DNA of 64,000 bases, taken from assembly GCF_006345805.1 (NCBI RefSeq), contig NC_042997.1:60512001-60576000 (forward strand), written 5' to 3'. The translations under genes were made by a program, and so were the position numbers. This DNA is from Octopus sinensis. Taxonomy: Eukaryota. Of the stretch, positions 1-13,457 are shown piece by piece. The notes beneath the pieces were generated by a model. It worked only from the letters and a program-made list of their open reading frames with translations, did not search any database and was not told the origin of the DNA. How positions within the stretch are numbered: position 1 is the first letter of the stretch; every line of letters starts with the position of its first letter.

Positions 1-1000
1 GAATATTTTTTCTAAAGCAGACCTTAGAATGAGAGGGGAGGTCACTAAATCTCTGAAAAGGTTGCAAATAACAACACAAAGACTTTGACTAGCAAACAGC
101 TGATTGATTGTTTAACCAGCACATCAAACAAATGATGTAATCTAAATCAAAGAAAATGGCAAACAATTACAGTGGTACAATTCTGCAACTCATTTCTTCA
201 AATATTTTTATTGTAGTTTTCTAGACTACAGTTTAATACATAGATGGCAACTATTACAAGGGAGACAATCCTTTCTTCATAATATGAAGCAAGATTAGAA
301 ATCTGAATTTGAAACTGAGGAATTACGAAGAAAAAGATGCAAAGAATTCACAAATTTAATTTATTTTTGTTTTCTTATAACAAAGTTCTTACAGTTCCTA
401 TTTGAAAGTAATCATGTATAGCACTATTTCATTCTTTTTAGAAATCAACAGCAAGATATAACCAGTAGCTTATTAATTAAACAATATTTTACGAAGTGAG
501 ACATTTCATAAAAGATGAAAATAATTACAAGTTGTTACCAAAGTGGAGCAGCTTGCTTTTTCATAAAACATTTCTTTTAGAATTATGACATTATCTGCTT
601 TGAAGTTTATAAAAAAGGTAAATTGAACAATTACATAATTAAAATATTTATTATACACACGAACATTTATGTTTAAAATATAAAAACATACATTTCATTT
701 ATGTCGAAAAATACTTGCAGCCAAAACTTACACATTCATACAAATACACAAAATCACCCACACATATAAATATATATTTTTATATACACTAAAGCTTAAA
801 AATCAGGATCCTAAATTTACAAAGAGGCGCTATGCAGATATAAACATCACGCTTGCTGTGTTTGGTAAATATAGCTATTCATTTATTCATCTAGATAAAT
901 AGCCAAAAGACCTTGCAAATTATCCATTCTAACTATGTTGCTGAAAAGACTTCATTATCAAATTCGAAAGACCATAAGCAATAGGAGATTAATAACTTAC

Positions 1001-1081
1001 TAAAGAGATCCCCAAACTCCAAACATCTGCACGGATATCATAATCTGGCCTTTCTGGATCTGGTGGATCAATTCTTTCAGG
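1001..1081 (-). CDS. MAP2K7: MAP2K7 exon, subdomains VIII-IX (gene continues beyond window start)
   Basis: tttaaacag acceptor and gtaagt donor. 81 nt encoding PERIDPPDPERPDYDIRADVWSLGISL. Confidence 0.97.
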
Positions 1082-2399
1082 CTGTTTAAATTAATAAAAG
1101 GAAAACAATGAAAAGGTTTTATTTGTTTCACATTCAATGAAAAAATTAGACAGTAATTTCTTTTAAGTATGTAAGTTTGTGAATATATGTATGTATATAT
1201 ATATATCATCTTATATATAAATGGCAATTTTTGACTGTCTGTTACCCTCTTGCTAACTATATCAGCAAACCAATCTTCATGAAACTTTGCATACATGTTA
1301 AACTAACATCCAGTTAAATTATAAGCTAATTGGATTTCAATAAAAATCGATAATGGGCCACCCTACAGGGGTTGGGCTATTATATAATAAAATGAGAAGA
1401 GTGCAAAAAATGTTAGATTGAGGGAAATGTGGTGGCATAATGAAGGTGGCTGATATCAGGGAAGAGGAGGAGACAGGAAGAGACAGAGAGAGAGAGAGAA
1501 CGAGACACAGACAGAGTGGAAGAGAGAGAATTTGTTTACTGAAAGGAACGGCAATTTTTAATACTTTGTTCTTTAATTTTTACCTATCACTTAATGCATA
1601 CACTTTGGTGAATTAACTATCGCATGCTCAGTCAAAACTTTTACAATATGTCCAACAACAGATGTTAAACTAACAAGTGAAAGGTAAGGTGTTATATTTG
1701 TTTTCAAATCACTGTTTTAAAATTTATTACTTTACCAACATACTGAAACAATAACACTATATATAATGTCTTTCATTTCCTTCCATAGATTAATAGCACA
1801 TTGTTGTCGGGTAATTTTTACAATAGAATGTCTTACATACATTTTTATTTATTTTATGTCTGATCATGCCTTCTGTAACAGACAGGCCTTGATCAGGACA
1901 GATTTGTGCAACTTTTTGCTATGGTAATAACCAACCATTAGTCGATTGTTTCATAGCCGCACATCGTCAATCCTTTCATTCTTCCAACCATCCAACAATT
2001 CAACTTACCATTACAATCAATCAGTTTTATGATTCAACTGTATTACTTGCCAGTATTTGTAAATCTATCCCACATCATTGTGTATTTGTAAATCTAATTG
2101 TAATTTAAACAGGAACTGAACGGGGTAGGACATGAAACAGTGTAATGGGAATGGGAACTGGAAATAACCCCCACTTTTCAGGGTATTACCAGGTAATTCA
2201 GCTAGTACATATATAAATACACATGCATATAATACATATATACATACTTGTAAAATACACACACAAGTGCTGATTGCTAAATGCGGATGGAACTTGTGAA
2301 AGAGGGAGGCCCAGAAATACAGGGGACAAAGTAGTGGAGACTGACCTCAAAATTTTGAGCCTCATGAAATAGATGACAAAGGTCTAAGATGAATGGTAT

Positions 2400-3000
2400 T
2401 ATGCTGTGCTTTAGAAGAGCAGTCCATCTCAGCAAATATAAAGTCTTGTCAAGCCTTTTCCCCACAACTCATCTTCTAACACCTATTCTTCCAGCATTCT
2501 TCTACCAACACCACTTCTTGGATGCAGTAAATAATACAATTTACACTTCATATTGTCTCCCTATTATCATCCCTTTTCACCTACGCTTCATACTATCTCC
2601 CTATTACTATCCTTTCTCACCTACACTTCATACAGTCCCTTTTTACCTTCTCCTCCTCCCCTAACCTACTCCAATTTCCTTCAGTCCATCTGAAACTGAT
2701 ATTTACCATGTCTTCATCATGTGCCCCATTCACTGTATCCACCTAAATCCTCATCTCTAACTATCCATCACACTCCTTTTACACTCTTATGAATCTACCT
2801 ATCCACCCACCCTTTCTTCTCTATCCCTGTTCTCTCTTTTATATTCACTTTGTACATCACCATTTCTCTCTCCCTCTCTCTCCAGCTGGGGAAGTCCTAT
2901 ATCACTTCCTCAACAGGATACATGTCCTTGTCTCTCTATCGTACTATACCCTCATTCACTTGAAAGGTCTTGTATTCTGCATTACTTGGTGACCTCACAA
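2400..3000 (-). mobile_element. Degenerate RTE-type LINE 3' fragment
   Basis: Reverse strand resembles the RTE 'LRWYGHVMR' C-terminal region; heavily decayed. Confidence 0.45.
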
Positions 3001-3206
3001 AAGCTGGTACCACTACAAAAGGTATCCAATACATTTTGTAAAGTAGTTTCTGCTGTAGAAACCTGCCAAATGATGATCAATGCAGTTTTCTGGGTCATCA
3101 GTTCCTGTTAAACCCATGTCAGAATGGACAGATGATGATGATGATGACGATGACGAAAATAAGGATATAAATATAATATAAACTTATATATATATTTTTA
3201 ATCTTT

Positions 3207-3475
3207 TACATGTTTCAGTCACTGGACTACAGCCATGCTGGGGCACTGCCTTGAAAGATTTTAGCTGAACAAATTGACTCTAGTATATATTTTGTAAAGT
3301 CTGGTACTTATTCTATCAGTCTCTTAAGACCAGTTGTCAAGCAGTGTGGGGGACAGACACAAACATACACATACACAACAAGCTTTTCAGTTTCCATCTA
3401 TCAAATCCATTCACAAGTCTTTGCTCAATCTGAGTTTTAGTAGAAGATACTTGCTCAGTGTGCTTCAATTACAAT
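3207..3475 (-). mobile_element. Decayed copy of the SINE family seen at 20654 and 57514
   Basis: Reverse complement of the shared 3' body (tgtttcagtca...gccatgctggggca...cttattctatc). Confidence 0.7.
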
Positions 3476-3692
3476 CTCTTTTAATTAAGGGTATGAAAGA
3501 AAAGTTATCTATTGTATATTTCAGCAATATATATGTAAACAACTGAAATTGTCTAAGAAAACTGTTACACTAAGTTTAAGATAATGTATAATCTAGCACA
3601 ATACAAATTGCTTCTATTTAATAAATTGTAGCAATGAACAGTTATGATAGAAACTATAAACTAAATTATAATAGATGAATTCAGTTACTTAC

Positions 3693-3820
3693 AGCCATGT
3701 ACGCAGCACAGCCTGCACTTCTGGTCTTTGCTTTGGAATCAACTAAACGGCCACTGATTCCAAAATCACACAATTTCACAGAGCCTTTTTCATCTAAGAG
3801 AATGTTGGAGGGTTTCACAT
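3693..3820 (-). CDS. MAP2K7: MAP2K7 exon, catalytic and activation loops
   Basis: tgcttgttag acceptor and gtaagt donor. Encodes (D)[42 protein letters not shown]; SKAKT is the MKK7-type activation motif. Confidence 0.98.
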
Positions 3821-4323
3821 CTAACAAGCAAATTAAAAGCACAACTTGAAAATACCTGTTGTAATTTTCTTTCATTATTGTCTATTTACTTATTTGAAGG
3901 AAAAGATATCTGGAAAGATATCTGATATTTATTTCACTGTATAATAGTATATAAATGAGTTTGTAGAAAGTAAAATTCATTTTTATATTTTCTTTTGAAA
4001 AAAGTTATTAATAATAAAGAAATTTATAGGTACATGAACATTAGTACAATTTTTCTCTTTCCATAATTAACAAATCTTAATGTTTTATTAAATACAAACA
4101 ATTAATTAAAATTTACAGAAAATGTGGAAAAGAAAAATGTTAAAGTTACGTTAATAAGGAAAAATTTAAATAATAATTTCAACTTCATATATTTTACAAA
4201 ATTTTATAACTATTTTACTAGTTCATTAATGTGTATTTCAATACAAAATTCTCTTCAATGAGTTTAATGTTAATAAAAGAAACAAATACAAAAACTAACA
4301 AGAAGTTGATGAATACAACTAAC

Positions 4324-4375
4324 CTCTGTGTATCACACCATGTCGTTCTTTAAGGTAATTCAATGCTTTTACAAT
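4324..4375 (-). CDS. MAP2K7: MAP2K7 exon (phase 0 to 1)
   Basis: ttctttttactgtag acceptor and gt donor. 52 nt encoding IVKALNYLKERHGVIHR(D). Confidence 0.96.
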
Positions 4376-4910
4376 CTACAGTAAAAAGAAATTTTACCTG
4401 AACAACACCTACTTACTTTTTCATATATTCACTAGATACCAACAAAGATAAATAACATCAACCCATAAGTCCTATTAGTAACAATATTGTTAAAGATAGT
4501 TCTGATCAACAAATCATGTAACTACCTATATGTCAATCCAACATATAGGATTGTTCTTAAAAACAAATAAGATTTAAAACAGAGCTCATACAAACAAGTT
4601 ATTAAATTTCTTTCAACAAATCTACTATAATATTCAAGAAAGGTTTATTTAAATTTTTTATAACAAAAGATGCAGAACTAGTACATGTTACTGGTTTCCT
4701 AGATGTCACGAGAAAGAATATTCATACAAAAACATGTGCTACAGTAAGACACAAGTCAAGTATATATTTCACAAAACAATACTTTAACACATTAATCTTT
4801 TCACAATATTCCTTCTCAACACATATAGTACTGCACCATGTGAAAAACTTTTGCTCAAAGCAAAACAAAATATTTAAGACCATTTAAAATTAACAAGGAA
4901 TTATACTCAC

Positions 4911-5018
4911 TGCAACTGCCATTTTGCCAAGGATCTTTTCTGGTATCGGTATGCGTGTTTTCTTTAATAATTTATCTAAGCAAGTAGCCATTAGTTCCAT
5001 ACAGATCCATACTTCACT
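4911..5018 (-). CDS. MAP2K7: MAP2K7 exon, subdomain V-VIa
   Basis: atgctttcag acceptor and gtgagt donor. 108 nt encoding SEVWICMELMATCLDKLLKKTRIPIPEKILGKMAVA; retains the MKK7 hinge-adjacent Cys (MELMxTC). Confidence 0.97.
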
Positions 5019-5309
5019 CTGAAAGCATAATAATGTTATATATATTTTTCTAGGAAATATTTTCAAGTAATTTGTATTATGTCATCATCATTTTAATATC
5101 TGTTTTTCTATGCTAGCATGGACTAGACAGGTCAGCAGCTCTGTATATTACTTCAATCATATGTTATCTGAGGGGTCCAATATCATAAGATCATCACATA
5201 TCAACTTTGGCTTTCCTATACTCAAGATACATTTTATTGTTAACACGCAGCATCTCTGTGTAACACTCATGATTTAGTCACATCAGATGACCCAAGCAGT
5301 CTCTCCATT

Positions 5310-5515
5310 CTTTTCTAATCTAGGCACAAGGCCTGACATTTTGGGGCAGGGGAAGCCAGTCAATTAGATCGACCCCAGTATGCAACTGGTACTTAATTTA
5401 TCGACCCCGAAAGAAAGAAAGGCAAAGTCAACCTCAGCGGAATTTGAACTCAGAATATAAAGACAGAAGAAATACCGCAAAGCATTGCGCCTGGCATGCT
5501 AACATTTCTGCCAGC
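5310..5515 (-). mobile_element. tRNA-derived SINE with Nin/Deu-like central domain
   Basis: Minus strand reads GAGCTGGCAG...GAGTTCAAATTCC (A/B boxes), then gttgactttgcctttctttctttcggggtcgataaattaagtaccag. Candidate TSD tctctccatt at 5300-5309 and 5516-5525. Confidence 0.8.
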
Positions 5516-5682
5516 TCTCTCCATTACAACACAACTGATATCTTTAATGTCCCAATTTTAAATTTCATATAAATTACCACTATCATTTGATAGATTATAT
5601 TCAATTCCTTACTCTCCAACTTATGCACATCTTCCACAAGTAATGCTCATATCCCATTATCATTACATACACTGTCTTTTGC

Positions 5683-6031
5683 TCTCTGAACATTTAAAAA
5701 AATTTTCTTATTCTAAAGGGAAGAGAAAAATTTTTTTCCCAATTTAATAATGGTGATAAAGATGATGATGTTGGTGGTGGTAGTGACAATGATATGTGTG
5801 TGATCTTTCATATAATTCTTTAAAAAATTTACAATTAAAATCTGATTTCTAAACAATCTCTGAACATTTAAAAAATTTTTTCTTATTCTAAAGGGAAGAG
5901 AAAAATTTTTTTCCCAATTTAATAATGGTGATAAAGATGATGATGTTGGTGGTGGTAGTGACAATGATATGTGTGTGATCTTTCATATAATTCTTTCAAA
6001 AATTTACAATTAAAATCTGATTTCTAAACAA
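5683..6031. repeat. Near-perfect 174-bp tandem duplication
   Basis: Unit tctctgaacatt...ttctaaacaa starts at 5683 and again at 5857. Confidence 0.95.
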
Positions 6032-6790
6032 ACCAGAGAGATTCTCATCATTACACAACTGTCGTGTTTTGTATGTATGGTCAATGTAAACAATGGTTAC
6101 ACAAAAGCACAGGAGGATCTCTGACAAACTGTTAAAGAATTAGAACTTTGGTGAGCCAGATATCATCATCATCACCATTTAACATCATTGTTTTCTATGC
6201 TGGCATGGGTTGGACTGAGGACTATCAATGTGTTTATGAAACTGTAATGATGGTTAGCTACCATTGAAATTTCATAAACATCTTGATAATCCTCAGTTTT
6301 TGAAATCTTTCTCTTTCTATATCAAAATACAGATTGTATGAGATGTGTTTTGGTAATGTGATGCCACATGGTGAGGTACATGAACAGAAAATCCAGAAGA
6401 CTTGCAACACTAGTAAAGAACAAATATTGTCATGATGGAAAACAATGCTGTAAAATGATAATCTAATGTAGTGAGGTGCACTGGCAAGCCAAGTGCGACA
6501 TGGAAGGAAATATTTAAGTCACGCTTCTTAACATATCAAGAAATCAGAATGAATTTGTGATGAAAAAAGTGACAATAGTAACAACAATGATGATGTGCTA
6601 GATGTCATAGTCAACATCTTTCCATGCAGCTAGCATCTGGAACTGATAACCAAAATATATTTTCCTATGGTTTTCATAAATGGCTAGTTTAAGTGGGATT
6701 CAACAAACATTAGCTTCTATCCTTGTAGTGTAACCAAAATGCAAGCCTGCAAAAACCTTTCTAAATATAATAAATTTTATGAATACTTAC

Positions 6791-6910
6791 AGTTGTTATG
6801 AATATGCCTATACACTGAACAATATAAGGGCAGTCATGGCTTTTCATAACAACATCCAAATCCATAATTATCCGTTTGTTTTCTTCTCTGTTACTGGAGC
6901 GACGCATTTG
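6791..6910 (-). CDS. MAP2K7: MAP2K7 exon, subdomains III-IV
   Basis: ttccttttcag acceptor and gtaagt donor. 120 nt encoding QMRRSSNREENKRIIMDLDVVMKSHDCPYIVQCIGIFITT, diagnostic of MKK7. Confidence 0.97.
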
Positions 6911-7794
6911 CTGAAAAGGAAATGGAATAACTTATTTTTGAAGAGAACAACAAATGTTAGTGAAATAAATTGCCAAAATCTTTATGGTTGAAATTAAGAA
7001 GAAACAAAAAACACAGAATAAAAGGATAACATATATTATGGAAAAAGAATAACAACATTTCTTGAAGAGAAGTCATGTCACATCAGAAAGTTACATTAAA
7101 CATGAGAATAGTTTACACTAAAGAAGTCCCATAGCATTAAAAATTTCTATACAAATCAAATTTATTCTTAGATTCTGAACAGAACTGAAGCCTTTTTTGG
7201 CAAAGATGAAACCAAATATCATTAATTTAATCTCTAGTGATGAAATTAAAAGAAATGATAGTTTCTAAAGCTAAAATGAAATACTTTCCTTAAGACATGG
7301 AATTAAAATACAAATCCATAAACTGTAATAATTTTCACAATAAAACTCAAAATTTCATTAAAAGTATATTAAACTTCAAACCATCTACAAGGAATTTAAT
7401 GTTAATGCATGTCTGAATATCTAAATTCTAAGTTTAATTTAAATTATTTATAAAATACTTCATATTGTTTATTTCATTTTGTCAAATTTGCAAACAATTC
7501 AACACCAAACTATTAAAATTGAAAATGCTGATATATATTGATGACAGTCAATAAATAAAAAAGTTTAAGAAAGAACAATTTGAAAGACACTTTAAACGAC
7601 TTCAATTGACTGACTTCTCATTGACGAACAACAATAATTTTGAGAAAAACTAAAAACTTTATTCGAAAGTTGAATATATTCTCAAAATATCTATGTTAAA
7701 AATAAAGACAAAACAAAATCACTGAAATCTCCAAAAGCTAAAAATTACTTTTAGAAATAAATTCAATAATGTTGTTTACTCTATTTCTATTTAC

Positions 7795-7908
7795 CTTCAC
7801 AGCCAAAAAACTGCTTGTTTTCCGGTGCCTCATTTTAATCACCTGCCCGCAAGTACCATGACCAAGTTCACCTAGAGCCTCTAAATCACTGCAGTCACTC
7901 GGAAGTTT
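7795..7908 (-). CDS. MAP2K7: MAP2K7 exon, kinase subdomains I-II
   Basis: ttttttatctag acceptor and gtaaat donor. 114 nt encoding KLPSDCSDLEALGELGHGTCGQVIKMRHRKTSSFLAVK (Gly-rich loop and AVK lysine). Confidence 0.97.
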
Positions 7909-8859
7909 CTAGATAAAAAAATAATGAAAATTATATGCATAACACTTCTATTACAATTTTTTTCTTTTCTCCTAATGCAATATTTGGTAATATTTTCATT
8001 AAAACTTTATTCAAGACATTTAGTAGATGCTCAAATATTGTATTGTAAAAAAAAAATTTCATATAACAAAATCATTTTTCCACAATATTTGAGCAAGTTT
8101 TCTTAATTCAAAGACAATTTATGAGAAAAAGTTTCTTTCTTCATTTCATTGAAAGGTGAAGTAAGATTACAAGTGTTTTCTAAATTAAGCTAAACTTTTA
8201 GATAGAGGAGATAGTTATGCAGTTTTCAACTCAAACTATAATCATCATACTGTCAATTTTAGCTATAATGTAGTCACAATCTTTTTAATCTCCATAATCA
8301 AATGGACACCAAAAATGTATCCAAATGCGGAACATCTAATAATCAGAATTTTCATCTTCCACGCAAACATCATTGATGAAACAATAAACTACATTTTTAT
8401 GCCTTATTCAATGTATTTCTTGGGTAATTTTGTATTTTAAAAAACCCTGGTATATTTTGTTGCTATTTTTACCAAGTCAGCAATTTTAAATGTTTTATAT
8501 ATACTTCAGAGAAACAAATCCACTGACCTATTTGTTGCCACATCCAACAATGTTCATTCTTACATAGACAACACAACCCTTCATTGCTACTAAGTAACCC
8601 CAACCATGTACAATCCACAAGCAAACTAGACACCTCAAGCCAAACCTTATTGATTACATAAACAGAGACCTTGTGAGCATCCTTTAGATGATCCGTGCCA
8701 ATCTTGTTCTTTTAACAGCAAAAAACTCCAGGACTACTAATATCAAGACAAAAAAAAAACCACACCACTAAATATGAACAGCATACAACTAATAGCTCTC
8801 ACAGTTGTGCAAAATGCATGGTTTTTCTATCTCCAAGGATCTTCTCTGGTAAAAGCAGA

Positions 8860-9290
8860 TTCTTAGCATAGCTAAGATTGCATTCCAAAGACTTGCTCTT
8901 CTCTTCGAAGCCAGTAAAATATTTCAGCTCCTAACAACTGCTGATATACCAAAAGGCTAAAATGAGGCCCATAATGAGTACTACACATAGATTTCTTGGA
9001 CCGCATCCTGAAAAGGGCCACTCGACTAAATGGAATTCAATTCCTAATGGACATGCTCCAGGCTTTGGCTCACAGACATGCTGTCTCCTCTCTGTCGTTT
9101 CTATCGCTACTGTAATGACCTGTTTCTCAGAGTTGGCTGGTCTTGCACTCCCTCCTTTCCCACCCACTTCCATCTTGTAGTAACCATTATACCTAGTCCT
9201 TTCTTTCAAAAGACCATCCCTCTGGTTCTTCTCCCAGTTCATATCCTTCTTGCAGTTGTGAAAGGATACATGTCTAAATGCATGCTCAGT
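8860..9290 (+). mobile_element. CR1-group LINE RT C-terminal fossil
   Basis: Frameshifted fragments ...AKMRPIM..., ILKRATRL, MLQALAHRHAVSSL..FYRYCND, typical of CR1/L2-like RT thumb regions. Confidence 0.6.
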
Positions 9291-9820
9291 ATATGGCAAG
9301 AAAGTCACAGAACATATGCATGTATAATTCCCACAACAGTTGAAGTGCACTCCAATAATCTCTTGCACCCACTTCACATCAAGTTTTTGGACCCTCTGCC
9401 ACTAGAATTCTGCAAACATTCTTCTGAACTCTAAATTTTTGTGGATATGACTCTTAAGAGTTGGTACACCAGACCCAAGTCAGAGATGATGCTAAAACTA
9501 TATTGTAGAAAACTATGTAACGAAATTGAAATTCTCTCCACTACCTGCTATTAAATACAAGGAGGATAGTGCAGTTGGTGCAGATAACACAAGTTCTTAA
9601 TAATGAAGGACAATGTAGGCAGCATACTAGTTTAAGATTTAAAGAATTAAAAGACAATCAGCATTTTGAAGCTGGTGATGTGCTTATTGAGAAAACTTGG
9701 CTGCAACATTTAATATATTGAGCTTACTAAATACTAGCATCTTCTTTGGATACCTGACTATCAAACATTTGCTGTTCAAAGAATATATCTGGAGAATAAA
9801 TAAATAAATCAGTAAATTAC

Positions 9821-9887
9821 CTGACCATTCAAGTTTAAAATACCAGTCTGTTGCATTATTTCTTGATACTTTTGTTCAATTTCAGCT
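9821..9887 (-). CDS. MAP2K7: MAP2K7 exon (phase 2 to 0)
   Basis: tttctattttcag acceptor and gtaatt donor. Encodes AEIEQKYQEIMQQTGILNLNGQ, matching the MKK7 EIDQKLQEIMKQTGYL segment. Confidence 0.95.
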
Positions 9888-10599
9888 CTGAAAATAGAAA
9901 AGTGAAAAAGCAAAATCATAAATGATGAGATAATGAGTATAAGTACTGTCTGCATATCTGAGATAGGGCTGCTGTAATACACAGAAACATACAAGGCTGT
10001 ATATAAAAGAAAGCCATTTAATCAATTGGTAATGGTTCAACCAATAACACAATGTACAACTTCTCTCTCTTAATTTCCGATCCTTTTCACTCATTATCAT
10101 CATCATCATCTTATGCCCTCTTTTCTTGATGATGGGAGCTGGATAAATTTTCATGCTCTGAATCAATCCTTATTTGGGAATTGACATGGTTTTGACATGG
10201 TTTCTACAATTGGGGATGCATTTCCTGACATTAAATACTTTATAGAGTGTATTTTATCAAGACACTAGTACTAATCTGCAAAATTAGAGAGCCCTCACTA
10301 CTCTTCATTGTCTCTGTTCTAAAGCTGACAACTGAGTGATGTATGCCAGTGATAAGTGATGGAGAAATGTATGAGAAAGTAAAGGATTACAAAAAAAGAA
10401 GAGAGAGAGCAAGTGGTGGATAGAAACAAAAATGGATGACAGTAGAAGAAAAAGGTGTAATAGATGTCAATAAAGAAGAGTGCTGGTAGGGGAGACTGGA
10501 TACATATAAGTCTGATGACATCCCTTGTTACAGAGGTGGCATGATAGAACAGATGTAGAGTGATAAAGAGTGATGCAGGAGTTGAATACAGACAGATCC

Positions 10600-11930
10600 A
10601 AATCCCAATCTCTACCATCATCACTACTTTAATGTCCTTTTTGCCATGCTTGTACGGGTGGCTGAGTCTTCTCCAACACTGTGCTACCTTAATGAGGCTC
10701 AGGTTTTTGAAATCAGCCTCCACTACTTCACCCCATTTCTTCCTAGGTTTCACTCTACATAAGTTATCTACCTCTGTGAGCACTATGCACTTCTTTAACC
10801 AACTGATTCCACCATGTAAGCTCATACCAGCAGTCTTCTCTCTTGCACACTTCATCTAATTTCTTTTATATTCAACTTTTCTCTCACTTTTTATTTCTTC
10901 CTAACCTTCACAGATCATTGGTGTTCAAGGAGCATGTCTCATTACCAAGAAAAAATGTTGCATCATAAATGAGTATCATATAATCTGCTTTTCACAGTGA
11001 GAGAGGAAGCCTTTGATTGCACCCTGAACTTTTCCCCACTCCATTCTTATTCTGGCTACTATGTTTTAAAAACCCAACCTCTACTGCTAATTAGGCTTTC
11101 TAATAAAAATAAATAAATAAATTTCAAACAAAAGCTTATCAACTATTTCAAGGAAGTCTTCTGGGCACCTGAAAGACTTTCTTTCATGTGTACTCTTACT
11201 TCTGACTGTTCCTATATACACCTGCCACATATGAAGCTTACATTCTTTGTCCACCTGCCTGAATATGGAATTCCTTCTTACTTCTTTCTTGCATATCAAA
11301 TGTGGTAATTTCCCAGTTGTAACTTAAAACTTTAGTCTTTACTAAGTTTACTTCGAGATTTCTCAATTCTATGCATGCTTCCACATCTGAAATTTCTCTA
11401 AATCTTCTACAGATTCAGCTCTTAAGAAGTAAATCATCAGCTTTTGGCAGTTCCTACATATAACTGGTCCTAAACTCTTCTGTTATAGCCAGGAGAATTA
11501 CAATAACTAGAAGGACAATGAGAACTGAGTACTGGTAGACCCCTATCTGCAGGCTAAATTCATCACTATACCCTTTGCTAACTCTCATCTTGCTGACTGC
11601 ATCTCTGTACATAGTTTGCATGGCTCTTACAAGATATTCATCTGTTTTCACTTTTCTTAGCAACAACCAGGCTTCATGGAATGGAACTCTATCAAAGGCA
11701 TTTTCTTTATCAAGGACACTAGAATGGCTTATACCTAGCTAAGAATTTCTCCTGCAGCTGTGTGCCAGTAGGCCAAGGTTATTGGTAGTACCTCATCCTG
11801 GCATAAACCAAACTGTATTTCAGCAGAGTTTATCCTCATCTGTTGTGCTAAAACTATTTCTATTACTTTCACAAACTAGTCCACCAATTAGAGGCAACTG
11901 TAATTGCCTTTCTTTACCACATCTTTGTCC
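10600..11930 (-). mobile_element. Fragmented RTE LINE (RT through 3' tail)
   Basis: ORF fragments 'EYLVRAMQTMYRDAVSKMRV...SLQIGVYQYSVL' and 'KPRKKWGEVVEADF', plus a GAT-type tail near 10610. Same family as 53523-55775. Confidence 0.75.
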
Positions 11931-12740
11931 TTGTAGCAGTTGAATATGATACTGCAGTGCCAACCATTTGATTGATTATGGGACTAATTAGAATATGATG
12001 TACTTATTGAGATATATTAATTATCTGAGTGACTATCACTGATAATCTTTCTGCTTTCCTTGCCTTTATACCTTTAACCATGCTTTCAACCATACAGTTG
12101 TCAATTCATGCAACTAGTCTCTCTGATGGGTCTATATGGAATAGGTCTTCTTTCTCCCATCCATTCTCTTTAATCAACAACATCATGTAACATTTCTAAG
12201 TCTCTTTCTTATTGGTGTTAGTGAGGGAAAGTGCCAATAACATTCCAAACACACATCTCTCCAACATCTCAATTCTCTCTAGTATACTGTCTTGTTATCT
12301 GGGTCATCTCATGTTTCTGATTCTCAAGATGCAAAATATGTGCATACTTCAGATTTCCTTCTTTGCTAAAGATTCTTTAACAAGGAGCTTTTCCAAATCC
12401 ATCTCTTAGATTTAATGACTATCTACAATACCATTCTACAACCACATCACTTTCTATCTAGTCAGAATCTTGCTCCAATCATGGATCTAGTCTTTAGCCC
12501 TAAAAAAGGTTGTCTCATAGACACTCTCAGTTGTTTACTTCAAGCTGAACATCAGCAACATCAATGTCATCAATCTAAGAGGGCCTGCAAAAGTCATGGT
12601 TCACTACCTCCTTTCTTCATGACTAACTTATAAAGATATACATTATCATATTTCAGATAGAAAAAAAAATTCAGAATATTTGAAATATAAAGAAAAAATG
12701 TTATGTATATTCAGTTGTTATATAAGTAATAGTGTATGTG

Positions 12741-12860
12741 TTAAAGTAATAACAATATGACTAGTTTAGCATATAATTGCCAACTAATACTAATACTAAC
12801 TTAAAGTAATAACAATATGACTAGTTTAGCATATAATTGCCAACTAATACTAATACTAAC
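12741..12860. repeat. Perfect 60-bp tandem duplication
   Basis: ttaaagtaataacaat...taatactaac occurs twice exactly (12741-12800 and 12801-12860). Confidence 0.97.
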
Positions 12861-13351
12861 TTCTGGCAGATATAGAACACCTACCTATTCTTTGTAAAGA
12901 AAATACTTCCTAAACTTAAAGAGTTTTTGAAGTGCTAATTACTAGCTTTGATCTGATGACATTAAGTAGATGAGAAATTTTCCCTAGGTAGAACACCAAT
13001 CTAACACAAAGTAACAATGTCAAATTATTTAATATGTAATCCCAAATGCTAGTTGAATTTAAGCCATGCAGAATAAAGTGTTCTATCCATAAACACAATG
13101 AAATGTAGGAGCTGCTTTATGAGTAGATATTTCAGCACCATCTGCATCCAGTCATCTGATCTTTGTAATAAAGTCAACTTCAACATATTTAGGGTTTAGA
13201 TATACAAAAATACTAAGCAATATTTGAAAAGTAAAAACTAATTAGGCAATGTAATTACTACACTAGAGAGTCAAAAGAAAACAAAGAGCAACATTAATTG
13301 TTAAAACTAAAATAGTGAAATCCAAAACTGAAACAGAAAAAAATAACTTAC

Positions 13352-13457
13352 CCATCAGGCTGCCTAAGAGCTGAACTTGGGTAGCAATCTAAGGCTCCTG
13401 GACGTCTTCTTCCAGATGATGGTGCAGAACTTGAGCGACCTGTAGTAATCTCACCAG
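13352..13457 (-). CDS. MAP2K7: MAP2K7/MKK7 internal coding exon (N-terminal region, phase 1 to 2)
   Basis: ccttcttag acceptor and gtaagt donor. Encodes GEITTGRSSSAPSSGRRRPGALDCYPSSALRQPD(G), in frame with the next exon; RRRPGAL resembles a JNK docking motif. Confidence 0.85.

Noticed and set aside
1-1000. Next MAP2K7 exon (expected VELATG..PY) or 3' end
   Set aside because: No matching coding sequence found; it must lie beyond the window start.
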